Assembly: GCA_041577295.1 (NCBI GenBank)
Contig: JBFGJG010000007.1
Span: 54,923-118,922 of the forward strand
Direction: 5' to 3'
Length of the DNA stretch: 64,000 nucleotides
Origin: Gemmatimonadales bacterium
GTDB lineage: Bacteria; Gemmatimonadota; Gemmatimonadetes; Gemmatimonadales; GWC2-71-9
Part shown: positions 30,819 to 41,595 of the stretch, piece by piece
Position numbering within the stretch: position 1 is the first letter of the stretch
Layout: the number at the start of each line of letters is the position of its first letter
Program-made: the position numbers and the translations under genes
Notes under the pieces: generated by a model
Told to the model about the DNA's origin: nothing
Databases searched by the model: none
Seen by the model: the letters and a program-made list of their open reading frames with translations, nothing else

Positions 30819-33140
30819 TCAACCCCCGGCGAGCCAGAGCCCCCTCAGGCGAAGCGCGACAATCTGATTTCCGGCCATCCGCACGATGACTCCCTCATCG
30901 AGCGTGCCATCGACGGATCCGATATCCCGTTCAACGAAATCGACACGTCTGGCCTCACGGAAACGTAGCAACCCAGGCTGGAGCGACACGAGCCTCGGCT
31001 CCCCCTTCACGTCTTGGAGGAATGCGATGAGCCCGTCGCCATCGTCAGCAGGCTTCACGCCGAGTACCGCGATTTCGTCCTGATCGACGGTGAAAAGTGA
31101 ACCTGCTGAAGGCAGGAGACCGCTGCCGCCAGGCGACGCGGGAACGGCATGCAGCGGCTCACTGTCCCATCCAAAGCGCCACGGCGAGACCAACGACATC
31201 CCGTCGAACAATAGGCGAAATCGGGCGATTCCAGGAGGTGCGAGATTGATCAGCATCCCATCCTGACTCACAGAAGCAACGGGAGTGTGGTAACCACGGA
31301 ACAACACGGAGCGACCTTCCTGCTGGAAACGAATCCACCGTAGGTGCACGAACTCCCCAACGGGCGCCAATTGGGTCACACTGCCTACCGGGCGCTCCCA
31401 GGACACTGCCGGTCTCTCGAGTGCAAAGCTGAACCGATACTCGATTGGTGAGTTGCCCTCATGCTCACCCAGGTTCTCGATATCGAGCCAGGGCAGCGTG
31501 TCATACACGGTGTATCTGCTGCGTACCATACCGCCGCCACGAAGCTGGCGAACTACCGTGATCCGCGTACCGACGTTCGCGAGCAGTTCTCTGGTCAAGG
31601 TGCTGTTGGTGACCTCTGGTACCTCGTTCACGCCGCCGCTGCCCGCACGCACCCACGCCCTGCCCGTAGTGTCGACGAGCCGCTCGATGGCGCCCGTTGC
31701 CGCGTTCACCGATACCCGAAAGGCCTGCCCCGTGAGATGCTCGCTTTGGGGGACCCTCTCCCAGCCGGTCACGCCATCCACAGCACGTACTGCTTCGGCT
31801 GGACCGATCACGAAGGCGTATCCCAGCCCGGGAACGTCCGTCACGATCTCCTCGCGCCCGTCAGGGCGCCTGAGCACGTCCGTCCGTGTGAACGGTGACG
31901 TGTTGAGCACAACCGTACCCGCAAAGCGTGGGGCAACCCCGCGCGCCACCACCTCGAGGTCGCCCACTGCACCGCCGAGTAGCGACACGAGAGGAGCGAA
32001 CAGGGTGGTGGCGCGCTTCTGGGTCATCCCATCCCGCGCCTCCCGCATAGCAGCGATATCAGCAAGCGAAGCGGGATCTGACAACGGCCGTCGGCCGGTG
32101 GATGCTGCCCGGACTGATCGGCCCGCACCCACTTCCCGAAGCAAGTGATCCGGATCCGCGCCCACAACGATATGAGGAAACGCAAAGCGACCGTTCCAGC
32201 TCCGTGCCGCTGCGAGATACGCGGGTGAGACGGTGTGATCGTTACCCACCACCACCACGACGTTTGCGGGAAACCCAGCGCCGTGGAACGCGCTGGTAGC
32301 TGTGAGCCAGCGCTCGATGGACGTCACCATCTCTGCTTGCGACGCGCCAAAGCCCAGCGTGGCCGGATCACGGATTGCTGGTGCGGCGATAACTGGCAAC
32401 GGCGAACTGCCGGGGATTTCGAGAACCTGAATCGGAAGATCAGAGCTTTCGAGCACGGCGAGCACACGCACACCCGAGCCGGCCAGCACGGCAACGGTGA
32501 CGGGCTCGAGGCTGGTGGAGGACTCGATGAGCGCGAGCGGGCTCGTGGGAATGCCGAGATCCGCTTCGAGTTCTCGGGCCGGGATGGCACGCCGCAGTAT
32601 CTCGACGTGATCGCTTGCCGCAGGGGAGCGGGTCTCCGAGAGCGGGTTTGCACGAACACCAGCGGCGGCGTACAGGGCCGCGCGCACGCCGCGCCGCCAC
32701 GGATCGACGTTGTCCAGATCATGACGAAGTGCCTCCGGGTCTGCGATGGTGAGCCAGTAGATCGTCCAATGGGGCTGTGGCGTAAGCGTGTGCTGATGCC
32801 GAATGATGCCTCGCCGACCGGGGACTTCGAGCTCACTGGTCACCGTGCGCCGGCGCTCCAGCGGGAGCCAAAGCTCTCCGTAGAGCACCTCGCCCAGGCG
32901 GAGCATTCCCGCAGTGCCAAGGAGATCCCGTCGCGGATTATCGTATATCCGGAGCCGTCCCGCCGGGACGTCGATGCCGTAGGCGGTGAAGCGAACGAGG
33001 GTGGTCCGGCCCTCCGGGTGACCGTGGAAGACCGTAGGTTGAGCCGTGACAGATTGTACCGGATAACCCCAGTTCGCAGGTCTGATCACAGCGACGCCCA
33101 TGGCGGAAAGGGCGGTGAGGAACTCGCGTCTTTGGGGCAT
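30819..33140 (-). CDS. Tat-signal protein with degenerate GH38 alpha-mannosidase-like architecture
   Basis: QRREFL Tat motif; 'VVLNTSPFTRTD', 'VPGLGY' and a GH38C-like C-terminus 'VLGVKPADDGDGLIAFLQD...DFVER'. Confidence 0.55.
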   Translation of the reverse strand: MPQRREFLTALSAMGVAVIRPANWGYPVQSVTAQPTVFHGHPEGRTTLVRFTAYGIDVPAGRLRIYDNPRRDLLGTAGMLRLGEVLYGELWLPLERRRTVTSELEVPGRRGIIRHQHTLTPQPHWTIYWLTIADPEALRHDLDNVDPWRRGVRAALYAAAGVRANPLSETRSPAASDHVEILRRAIPARELEADLGIPTSPLALIESSTSLEPVTVAVLAGSGVRVLAVLESSDLPIQVLEIPGSSPLPVIAAPAIRDPATLGFGASQAEMVTSIERWLTATSAFHGAGFPANVVVVVGNDHTVSPAYLAAARSWNGRFAFPHIVVGADPDHLLREVGAGRSVRAASTGRRPLSDPASLADIAAMREARDGMTQKRATTLFAPLVSLLGGAVGDLEVVARGVAPRFAGTVVLNTSPFTRTDVLRRPDGREEIVTDVPGLGYAFVIGPAEAVRAVDGVTGWERVPQSEHLTGQAFRVSVNAATGAIERLVDTTGRAWVRAGSGGVNEVPEVTNSTLTRELLANVGTRITVVRQLRGGGMVRSRYTVYDTLPWLDIENLGEHEGNSPIEYRFSFALERPAVSWERPVGSVTQLAPVGEFVHLRWIRFQQEGRSVLFRGYHTPVASVSQDGMLINLAPPGIARFRLLFDGMSLVSPWRFGWDSEPLHAVPASPGGSGLLPSAGSLFTVDQDEIAVLGVKPADDGDGLIAFLQDVKGEPRLVSLQPGLLRFREARRVDFVERDIGSVDGTLDEGVIVRMAGNQIVALRLRGLWLAGG

Positions 33141-33194
33141 GGAGACAGAATATTAGTCGATAGAAGGACGGTCGGGCGGTCAAAAAGGATTCAT

Positions 33195-33386
33195 ATGAAG
33201 AAGAAAACGGTGTTGCGAATGATGATCCGCGCGGCGGTCTTGGTGGTCGTGGTGAGTTGTCGGGAGGCGCCGCGGTCTGATGAGCGCGAGACGCGCGGAG
33301 CGTCACCCATGGATACAGCCGTCGCTGAGCCCTCGCCGCCGTTACCCGACACGATCATGGCACGGGACACAGCGGAAGCCCGGTAG
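33195..33386 (+). CDS. Small hypothetical lipoprotein
   Basis: AAGGA RBS; MKKK...AAVLVVVVSC lipoprotein-like signal; 63 aa. Confidence 0.5.
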   Translation: MKKKTVLRMMIRAAVLVVVVSCREAPRSDERETRGASPMDTAVAEPSPPLPDTIMARDTAEAR

Positions 33387-33440
33387 CGGTTCCCGCCGCC
33401 CAACTGCGCTTCAGAGCCAGAAGGTTGGACTTCCGTCCCC

Positions 33441-34280
33441 CTACATCCCCACCGCATTCTGTTCGATCTTCTCGAGGCCGCGCTCCTGCGCCCACAGATC
33501 CAATTCGACCGAGGCGACCTCGTCTACCAGCGGGATCGCCTTGCCATCGAGCCTCAGGTCAACCGCTTTGAGATAGCGCTTGCAGGTGGTGCACTCCTCG
33601 ATGCGGAGGTGGGGGAGGGAATCGCTGACGTGATAGGCGAGGTTCTCCGGATTGGATTCCCCGCAGGACGGGCAGGTGGTTCGGGGGTACGGCCACTCAC
33701 TCGCGCAGAGAGAACAGACGAGCACCCGGCGACCTTTGACCTCAGCCTCGTCGCGTGTAACGGTGACCTGAGGGGAACGCCTGCAGATGGGGCATTCGCG
33801 TCCTGGCTTCGCGGTGCAATTGATGTTCCGCGCGAGGGCCTCCGTCACCGGCTGCAGGAGCGCGCGGGGGAAGAAGCCGAGTTGCTCCGGCAAGCAATCG
33901 AGCGCGGTTGCGAGATCGTCGAGGGTCCCTCGTGCGAGAAAACGCTGAATCAGCCGGAGCTGAAACTCGGGCACGGCCGCTTCGATTGCCCGTGCGACGA
34001 CCCTGACCGTGTGCGTGCCAAACCCGGCCACTTCACGCAGCAACCCGCGAAACAGTGGGAGGAGATCGTCCAAGGGGAGCCGGTCGAGTTGTATCTGTTG
34101 CTCACCCGTCGGCCAGTTGGCGTTCGCCGCTTGCCGGGCGATGGGTTCCTGGACTTCCATCAGATTGATGTAAAACGCGAGCATGTGCTCGGCGTGCGGG
34201 TGGCGGCCGATCAGCTCGTCGGCTCTCAACCTTCGTCGCTTATAGGATTGTTGAAGTGCCTTCCCAACGTCTTCGGTCAA
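33441..34280 (-). CDS. fdhE: Formate dehydrogenase accessory protein FdhE
   Basis: CPIC, CSLC, CPSC and CTTCKRYLK motifs; directly follows fdnI (TTGA overlap). Confidence 0.92.
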   Translation of the reverse strand: MTEDVGKALQQSYKRRRLRADELIGRHPHAEHMLAFYINLMEVQEPIARQAANANWPTGEQQIQLDRLPLDDLLPLFRGLLREVAGFGTHTVRVVARAIEAAVPEFQLRLIQRFLARGTLDDLATALDCLPEQLGFFPRALLQPVTEALARNINCTAKPGRECPICRRSPQVTVTRDEAEVKGRRVLVCSLCASEWPYPRTTCPSCGESNPENLAYHVSDSLPHLRIEECTTCKRYLKAVDLRLDGKAIPLVDEVASVELDLWAQERGLEKIEQNAVGM

Positions 34281-34909
34281 GACTCCGTCTTCTCACGATG
34301 CCACTGCGGATGATGGAGCTTGGCCCAGGCGCGCGTGACCTTGCCGTCGATCATCCCGCGCGCGGTACCCGGATAGGCCACTGTACCGAGGTAGATGTGG
34401 ACGATGAGGAACAGCCCGCCTCCAAGCGCCGCCAAGTAGTGCAGCAAGCGCATGGCGGAGAGTATACCACGGCCAAATGGGCCGAGCCCCACGAATCCGT
34501 CGGGAAACCACAGCAGGAGCCCCGTAATCAGAAAGACAACACCCAACACGCTCTGCACCCAGAAGAAGAGCTTCTGACCGCCGTTGTACTTGCCCGCGGG
34601 CGGGACGTTGTCGCGGTCGTGCGCGACATAATGCCGAATCGCCTTGAGCCACGCGATATCGTGACGGTCCAGGTACATGTCACGGATCCACAGCAGCACC
34701 ATGAACACGAGTCCCACCGTGAACACCAGGCCTACCCATGGATGGAGCACCCGAGCAACGGCCCCGCCTCCCACGATGCTCGTGAGCCAGAAGAGCTTTG
34801 GATAAGAGAACGCGAGCCCGGTAAGCAACAGGAAGACGAAGGTGACCCCCACCACCCAATGCACCACGCGTTCCGCATATGTGAATCGCTGAATCGCGTT
34901 AGCTCGCAT
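34277..34909 (-). CDS. fdnI: Formate dehydrogenase cytochrome b (gamma) subunit
   Basis: ERVVHW, LHPW, GKYNGGQK and WAKLHHPQW; 4 TM segments. Confidence 0.93.
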   Translation of the reverse strand: MRANAIQRFTYAERVVHWVVGVTFVFLLLTGLAFSYPKLFWLTSIVGGGAVARVLHPWVGLVFTVGLVFMVLLWIRDMYLDRHDIAWLKAIRHYVAHDRDNVPPAGKYNGGQKLFFWVQSVLGVVFLITGLLLWFPDGFVGLGPFGRGILSAMRLLHYLAALGGGLFLIVHIYLGTVAYPGTARGMIDGKVTRAWAKLHHPQWHREKTES

Positions 34910-35759
34910 CGTGACTATCCTCGGGAGACTCCGGACCAACGGCAAGGAAGTGGAGCAGTGCGCCCACGATCCCAAAACCAAACAGATACGAGCCGATCCG
35001 CTTGAACGCGCCCAGCGCCTGCATCGGCCCGGGGCTCGCCACGGGATCCTCGGGCAAATCGTACTCACCGAGTCGATCACCGTGGGGCACGACATACATC
35101 ATGTGGACGCCGCCCACACCCGGCGGATCGTAGACGGCGGCGTTCGCGAAGCCGCGGTTGTTCAAGGTCTCGACTTTCTTGTGAGCCAGCGTGACCATGT
35201 CCTCCTTGGTGCCCCACGAGATCGCGTTGGTTGGGCAGGTCTTCACGCACGCCGGCTCGAGCCCCGCCTCGACCCGGTCGATGCACATGTTGCATTTGTA
35301 GACTTTCTTGGTGGTCTTGTCGAAGCGAGGGATGTCGAACGGACAGCCGGTGACGCAGTATTGGCACCCAATGCAGTTTTCTTGATTGAAGTCGACTATC
35401 CCGTTCTCGTATTGCACAATGGCGCCCGGCGCGGGGCAGGCGTAGAGGCAACCCGGTTCTTCGCAATGCAGACACGCATCCTTCTTGATAAGCCACTGGA
35501 GATTGCCGTCGAACTCGGTCTCGTTGAACCGCATGAGGAGCCACGTGTCTGGTGAGAGATCCTCATGGCTTTGGTAGCTGCCGAAGTTGACCGTGGGTTC
35601 GACCTTGAGCTCGTTCCACTCCTTGCACGCTACCTCGCATCCCTTGCAGCCGATACAACGCGCGATGTCCACCAATTTGGCGTACTCGGGTGAAGACCGA
35701 ATGGTCGGCGGCGGCGTCGGCGTCGCCGAAATCCGTTTGATGGCGAGCGTGTTGTTCAT
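34899..35759 (-). CDS. fdnH: Formate dehydrogenase Fe-S (beta) subunit
   Basis: CIGCKGCEVAC, CLHCEEPGC..AC, CIGCQYC..GC and KCNMC...PACVKTCP; C-terminal TM; ATGA overlap with fdnG. Confidence 0.95.
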   Translation of the reverse strand: MNNTLAIKRISATPTPPPTIRSSPEYAKLVDIARCIGCKGCEVACKEWNELKVEPTVNFGSYQSHEDLSPDTWLLMRFNETEFDGNLQWLIKKDACLHCEEPGCLYACPAPGAIVQYENGIVDFNQENCIGCQYCVTGCPFDIPRFDKTTKKVYKCNMCIDRVEAGLEPACVKTCPTNAISWGTKEDMVTLAHKKVETLNNRGFANAAVYDPPGVGGVHMMYVVPHGDRLGEYDLPEDPVASPGPMQALGAFKRIGSYLFGFGIVGALLHFLAVGPESPEDSHDAS

Positions 35760-38740
35760 GCTCGTTCCACGTTCACGAGAAACGCCTTGAATTCGGGGCA
35801 ACGCGTGTTTGCATCACCGATGAAGGGCGTGAGCTGGTTGGCCATTGCGCCTTCGGTAATGCCAACGAAGCCCCAATGGACCGGAATGCCAACGGTCCAG
35901 AGTGTCTTTCCGTTTACCGTTAGGGGTTTGATGCGCTTGGTGACGATGGCTGTGCCCTCTACCACGCCGCGCTTGGATCGCACGCGCACACGGCCCCCGT
36001 TGTCGATTCCCTTCTCACGCGCCAGCCCGTCAGGAACCTCCACAAAAAAGTCGGGCATCAGCTCCACGAGATACGGGACATTGCTCGTCACGAAATGCTC
36101 GCGCTCGACCACACGATATACGGTGCAGGCGTAAGGGAACTCACCGTTCGCATCGGCCAGGGTTTCCTTCACACCATCGTACCAGCGGACCACCGGGTTC
36201 ACGGCTACGCGTTCGTGTAGCAGGTTGGCCGTCGGGCTCTCGGCGGGTTCGTAGTGCTCGGGGAAGGGGCCGTCGGTGAGGTACGTGCTGAACAGGCGGG
36301 CGACGCCCTCTTCGGTCATGATGAACGCACCCATCGCGTCCGGCCGCGTAGTGCGTCCGTAATCCGGGACGTCCCCGATCCACTCGCGCCCGGTCCACTG
36401 GATACCGGATCGCTGCGGATCCCATGGCCTTCCGTTGGCATCGGCCGACGCGCGGTTGTACAACACGCGGCGGTTGAGCGGCCAGCTCCACGCCCAATCG
36501 TGATGCATGCCGAGCCCGGTGGCATCATCGGTACCTCGGCGCTGCATCATGTTGCCCTGCTCGGTGAAGCTGCCGCAGTACAGCCAGTTGCCGCTGCTGG
36601 TGCTGCCATCGTCCTTGAGCTCACCGAAGCTCGACAGCAACTTGCCGGTCGAGAGATCAAATCCGTTGATCTCCTTCGCCAGCTCCACCAATGTCGGCTC
36701 GCGTGGGTTCAAATAGTCCCACGTCATGTTGAGGATGGGTTCGTGATAGGCACCGTCCTCTTGTTCGTAGAGCTCTTTCACGCGCCAGAACAGCTCCGAA
36801 AGGATCCACGTGTCCGACCTGACACCCGGCGGCGGGTCGATGGCTTTCTCCTTCCATTGGACCCAGCGGCCACTGTTGGTGAATGATCCGTCGCGCTCTA
36901 TCCAGTGCGTCGCAGGGAGATAGAGCACCTCGGTGTCGATCTCGGTGGGGTTCATACCGGGCGCCTTCCAGAACTCGGCGGTGTCCAGCATGAACGGATC
37001 GATCACGACCTTCCATTTGAGGCGGGACATTGCGCGCAACAAGCGCGGAATGTCGGGTCCCGCTAGGAGCGGGTTGAACCCGAGGGCGATAAAGCCCTCG
37101 AGCTTCCCTTGATGCGCCTGATCCCAGATCGAGAGCCACGAGCCGTCATCGAATGGCTTGGCGAGGTAGTGATAGCCAAACTCGTTTTGGCGCGTGGCAT
37201 GGTTGCCGAACCAGCTCTTCATCTGCGAAACGAAGAACTTCGGGAAGTTGCCCCAGTAGTTCATCGTGTCCGCCGTGAGCGCACGCGGGGTCGATTCACG
37301 GAGGTACTGCGCGAGTGAGGTCTGCGATGGATCAGGAACCTTGAGGTAGCCCGGGAGAATGTCGGCGACGATGGCGTGATCGGTGGCGCCCTGGACGTTG
37401 GCGTGACCGCGCAGCGCGTTGATGCCGCCGCCCGGTCGGCCGATGTTGCCGAGCAGCAACTGGAGGATAGCAGCCGTACGGATGATCTGACTGCCCACCG
37501 TGTGCATTGTCCAGCCCACCGCATACATGATGGTGCCCACTCGGGCTGCCGTCCCGGTGGAGCACACGATCTCGGCAATCCCCAGGAAGTCTTCGGCCGA
37601 GCACCCCGCGATCTGCGCCACCATCTCTGGTGTGTAGCGGTCGTAATGGCGCTTGAGGAGTTGGAAGACACAGCGCGGATGCTGGAGCGTGGGATCGCGG
37701 CGGACGTATCCGTCGGGGCCGCGTTCGTAATCCCACGCTGTCTTGTCGTATTGCTGGTTGGTGGCGTCGAATCCCGCGAACAGGCCGTCCTGAAAATCGA
37801 AGCCCCGATTCACGATAAAGGACGCGTTGGTGTGCAGCCGGACGTAGTCATCATGTTGGAGATTGTTCTCGAGCGTGTACCGGATGAATCCGCCGAGGAT
37901 GGCGATATCGGAGCCGGGGCGAATCTGGAGGTGGTGGTCTGCGACGGCTGAGGTGCGGGTGAATCGCGGGTCGATAGTGACGAGTTTGGCGCCGCGGCCG
38001 TCGCGTGCCTCAATCGCCCATTTGAATCCGCAGGGATGGTTCTCCGCTGGGTTGGCCCCCATCACCAGAATGACATCGGCGTTTTTGATGTCCTTCCAGT
38101 GGTTGGTCATCGCGCCCCTGCCAAACGTGGCGGCCAAACTGGCCACCGTGGGGCTGTGTCATATCCGCGCCTGGTGGTCGACGTACATCAGCCCCAGGCC
38201 TCGCATGGTTTTGGTAATGAGGTATGCGTCTTCGTTGGTGACCGTGGCGCTGCCTACCCACGCGATCCCTTCGCAGCGGTTCACGGTGCGCCCACGATCG
38301 TCGCGCTCGACGAAGCTCGCGTCGCGCGAATCCTTGAACCGGCGGGCGAACCACTCCATGGCCCAATCCCAGCTGACCTCTTTCCATTCGCTGGCCCCGG
38401 GCTCCCGAAACATCGGAGATTTCTTGAGCCGTGGGCTGATGGCAAGCTGCATCTGGGCTGCCCCTTTGGGGCACAACGTTCCCCCATTGATGGGGTTGTC
38501 AGGATCGCCCTCTACGTGGATGATGGTCTTGGTGGTGTTGAGCCCACCGCTGCCATGGACATATGCGATGGTGCCGCAACCAACGGCGCAGTAGGGGCAT
38601 ACTGTCTTGTACTCTTTGGCGTGGCGGATCTTGAGCTGGCGGGAGGCGGCGTAAGCCGACGTGAGATCGAAGCCGAGGGCCGAGACACCGAGGCCACCGG
38701 CGACGGAAACCTTGAGGAAGCTCCGGCGGGATATCGTCAT
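35756..38740 (-). CDS. fdnG: Periplasmic formate dehydrogenase alpha subunit, selenocysteine-containing (Sec194, 994 aa)
   Basis: SRRSFLK Tat signal and CPYCAVGC; HQARI-TGA(38159-61)-HSPTVASLAATFGRGAMTN in frame; ALRGHANVQG. Confidence 0.95.
38129..38147 (-). promoter_or_regulatory. SECIS element of fdnG
   Basis: 11 nt after the UGA: GGUGGCCA-GUU-UGGCCGCC hairpin, the same geometry as the E. coli fdnG/fdhF SECIS. Confidence 0.85.
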
Positions 38741-38802
38741 GGATTCCCCCTAGGCAGCTAACATGCAAAGCCCAGGGGTCGGTCGCCAGCCCCCTGCCCG
38801 TC

Positions 38803-41550
38803 TTAGGCGGTCCTCCGCCCCTTCACCCCTTTATTGCACGGCTTCGCGTTGACCACACACACCTTGAGTTCTGCGGTCTCCGTTATCGGGTCGTAGCCCG
38901 ATCCGGTGAGCACGTTCACAGGGACATCGGCAAAGCTGAAACTGGCGAAGACGGTCCCCCTTGGTGACCGGCGCGTGGCCTTGACCTTGATCTCGATCGA
39001 ACCGCGCGGGCTCGTCAGCTGACACCAACCGCCGTCCTCGAGACCGTACTTGGCCACGTCGTCGGGGTGTACTTCGAGCACCTCTTCGGGAAGCAGGTAA
39101 TCGATACCGGCTGAGCGGCCGGTCTGGGTCCGGGTATGGTACGACTGGAGACGTCGGCCCGTCGTGAGCCAGAGGGGGAATTCCTCGTTAATGGTCTCGG
39201 CCGGGTCACGGTATCTGATGAGCTTGAAGACCCCACGACCGTTGATGAAGCGTTCTTCGTGGAGCCGCGGTGTTCCTGGGTGTCCCTTCTCCGGCACCGG
39301 CCAGTGATACTCACCGTGCTCGATACGGTCCCAGTCGAGTCCGTGATAAGTCGCCGACAGCTCACACATCTCGTTGAAGACGTCTTTGGCTTCCATCCAC
39401 TCGAAGCCCATGAACCCGAGGCGCTTTGCCAACTGCGCGACAATCCACCAATCCGGCTTCGCCTCGCCCGGCGGCTCAACGGCTTTGCGGAGCCGTTGCA
39501 CCCTGCGCTCCGTGTTGGTGCACGTCCCGTCCGTCTCGCCCCAGGCAGTTGCGGGAAACACCACGTCTGCCAGCTGCGCGGTCTCGGTCAAAAAGATGTC
39601 GATGACCACGAGATGGTCGAGACTCGTAAGGGCGTGCTCGCAATGACGTCGGTCGGGGTCGGACAGCAGCGTGTTCTCGCCATTGATGATCATCGCGCGG
39701 ATCTGATCACCGCACTGCTTGAGTGCCGTGACCTTGGTAATGCCTTTTTCGAGGTCGACCGTTCTCCCGTAGGCTTCAGCGAACTTCGCTTGGTTCGCGA
39801 GATTGGTGACCGGCTGAAAGCCCGGGTAGTTGTTGGGGAGCGCACCGGAGTCGCCCGCGCCCTGGATGTTGTTTTGGCCGCGCATCGGGTTGATGCCGGT
39901 CCCTTCGCGCCCCACGTTGCCGGTCATGAGCGCGAGGTTGCACAGGCTCTGCACGTTCTCGACGCCACAGATATGCTCGGTGACCCCGAGTGTGTAATAG
40001 ATGGCACCACGTTCGGCGCCACCGTACCACAGTGCGGCCTGTTCGATGTCCTTCGCGGGGACACCGGATATGGACTCGGCCCACTCCGGGGTGAACTCCT
40101 TGACGTGCTGGAGGAATTCGGTGCTCTCGACGGTTCGCTCGGCAATAAAGCCCGGATCAACGAGCCCCTCCCGCGCAATGACGTGCGCCATTCCCAATAA
40201 CAGCGCCACGTCCGAGCCGACACGGATCGGCAGGTAGAGGTCGGCGAGATCGGCCAGCCCAATGTGTCTCGGGTCGGCGACGATGAGCTTCGCGCCACCG
40301 GCAACGGCCTTCTTCATGCGTGTGGCCGCCACCGGATGGCATTCGGTCATGTTGGTACCGATACAGAAGATGACGTCCGGCTTTTCCATGTCGGCCAGCG
40401 GGTTTGACATGGCGCCTCGTCCGATCGTGGCTGCCAGACCGGCAACCGTGGGAGAGTGTCAGGCACGGCTACAGTTGTCTATGTAGTTGGTTCCGAACCC
40501 GGCGCGAATGAACTTCTGCATCGAATACGCAGCCTCACTCGGCGCCCGACCCGACGCGACCCCATAGACACTGTGCCGTCCGTATTCCGTCAAGACCTTC
40601 TCAAACCCTTCGGCGGCCCGGTCGAGCGCGGACTCCCAGTCGGTCTCGTGCAGCTCGCCGTCGTCACCGCGCACCATCGGCCGCTTCAGGCGATCTGGGT
40701 GATGCACGAAGTCGTAGGCGAACTGCCCCTTCACACACAGGGCGCCCTCGTTGGCCGGCCCGTCCATAGCGGGGTGTACCCCGACGATGGTGTCATTCTT
40801 GGTGAGAATGTCGACCGAACACCCCACCCCGCAGTACGGACAGATGGTGCGTGTTTTATCGATCGCTCCCGGCGTTTCCATGTGGCGCATCGCTTTCCGG
40901 TCTGCCAGCGCGCCGGTGGGACAGGTCTGTACACACTGACCGCAGAAGGTGCACGCGGAATCTCTTAGCAGGCCATTGAACTCGGTGGTGATTTGCGTGT
41001 GGAACCCACGGTTCATGACGCTGATGGCGTAATCACCTTCCTGTTCGGCGCATACGCGGACGCAACGATAGCACGAAATGCAGAGGTCGTAATCGCGGAG
41101 AATGAACGGGTTGTCGTCGTCCACGCGCGTCGTGCCGGAATGCTTGCCAGCGAACCTTCCGCTGTCGGCCCCGTAGCGATCGACTAGCTTGGTGAGCTCC
41201 TGTGACGCGTAGCCACGCAACGGATCGACGGCGAGCTCACGGTTCTCGGACACGACCATCTCGAGCAGAATCTTGCGGAGCGACTCGACCTCATTGGTCT
41301 TGGTGCGCACAACCATGCCGGGAGTGGCCTGCATGGTGCACGAGGCGACGGGATTCTTCTGGCCCTCGACTTCCACCACACACAAACGACAGCCACCAAA
41401 GGGCTCGAGACGTGGATCGTAACACAGTGTGGGAATGACCTTCTGATGCCGGGCGGCCACTTCGTAGATGGTCTCACCCTCTTGGAATGAAACCTCCTGG
41501 CCGTCCAACGTCATTTTGTGCGTCTTTTGCACGGTAGCCGACAAAATCAT
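38803..41550 (-). CDS. fdhF: Cytoplasmic NAD-linked formate dehydrogenase alpha subunit (FdhF/FdsA-like), selenocysteine-containing (~915 aa)
   Basis: N-terminal [2Fe-2S] and 2x[4Fe-4S] motifs, CPYCGVGC; YIDNCSRA-TGA(40459-61)-HSPTVAGLAATIGRGAMSN in frame; PMRGQNNIQG. No signal peptide. Confidence 0.93.
40429..40447 (-). promoter_or_regulatory. SECIS element of fdhF
   Basis: 11 nt after the UGA: GGUUGCC-GGUCU-GGCAGCC, close to the E. coli fdhF SECIS GGUUGCAGGUCUGCACC. Confidence 0.88.
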
Positions 41551-41560
41551 TCCGTACTCC

Positions 41561-41594
41561 CCTCTGCTGCCTCGTCTGCCACTACTGCCTCTTC
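41561..41594. repeat. 9-nt tandem repeats (CCTCTGCTG-like)
   Basis: CCTCTGCTG CCTCGTCTG CCACTACTG CCTCTTC between nuoEF and fdhF; a complementary-type GAGAGGCAG x2 lies at ~43350-43369. Confidence 0.55.
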
Positions 41595-41595
41595 G

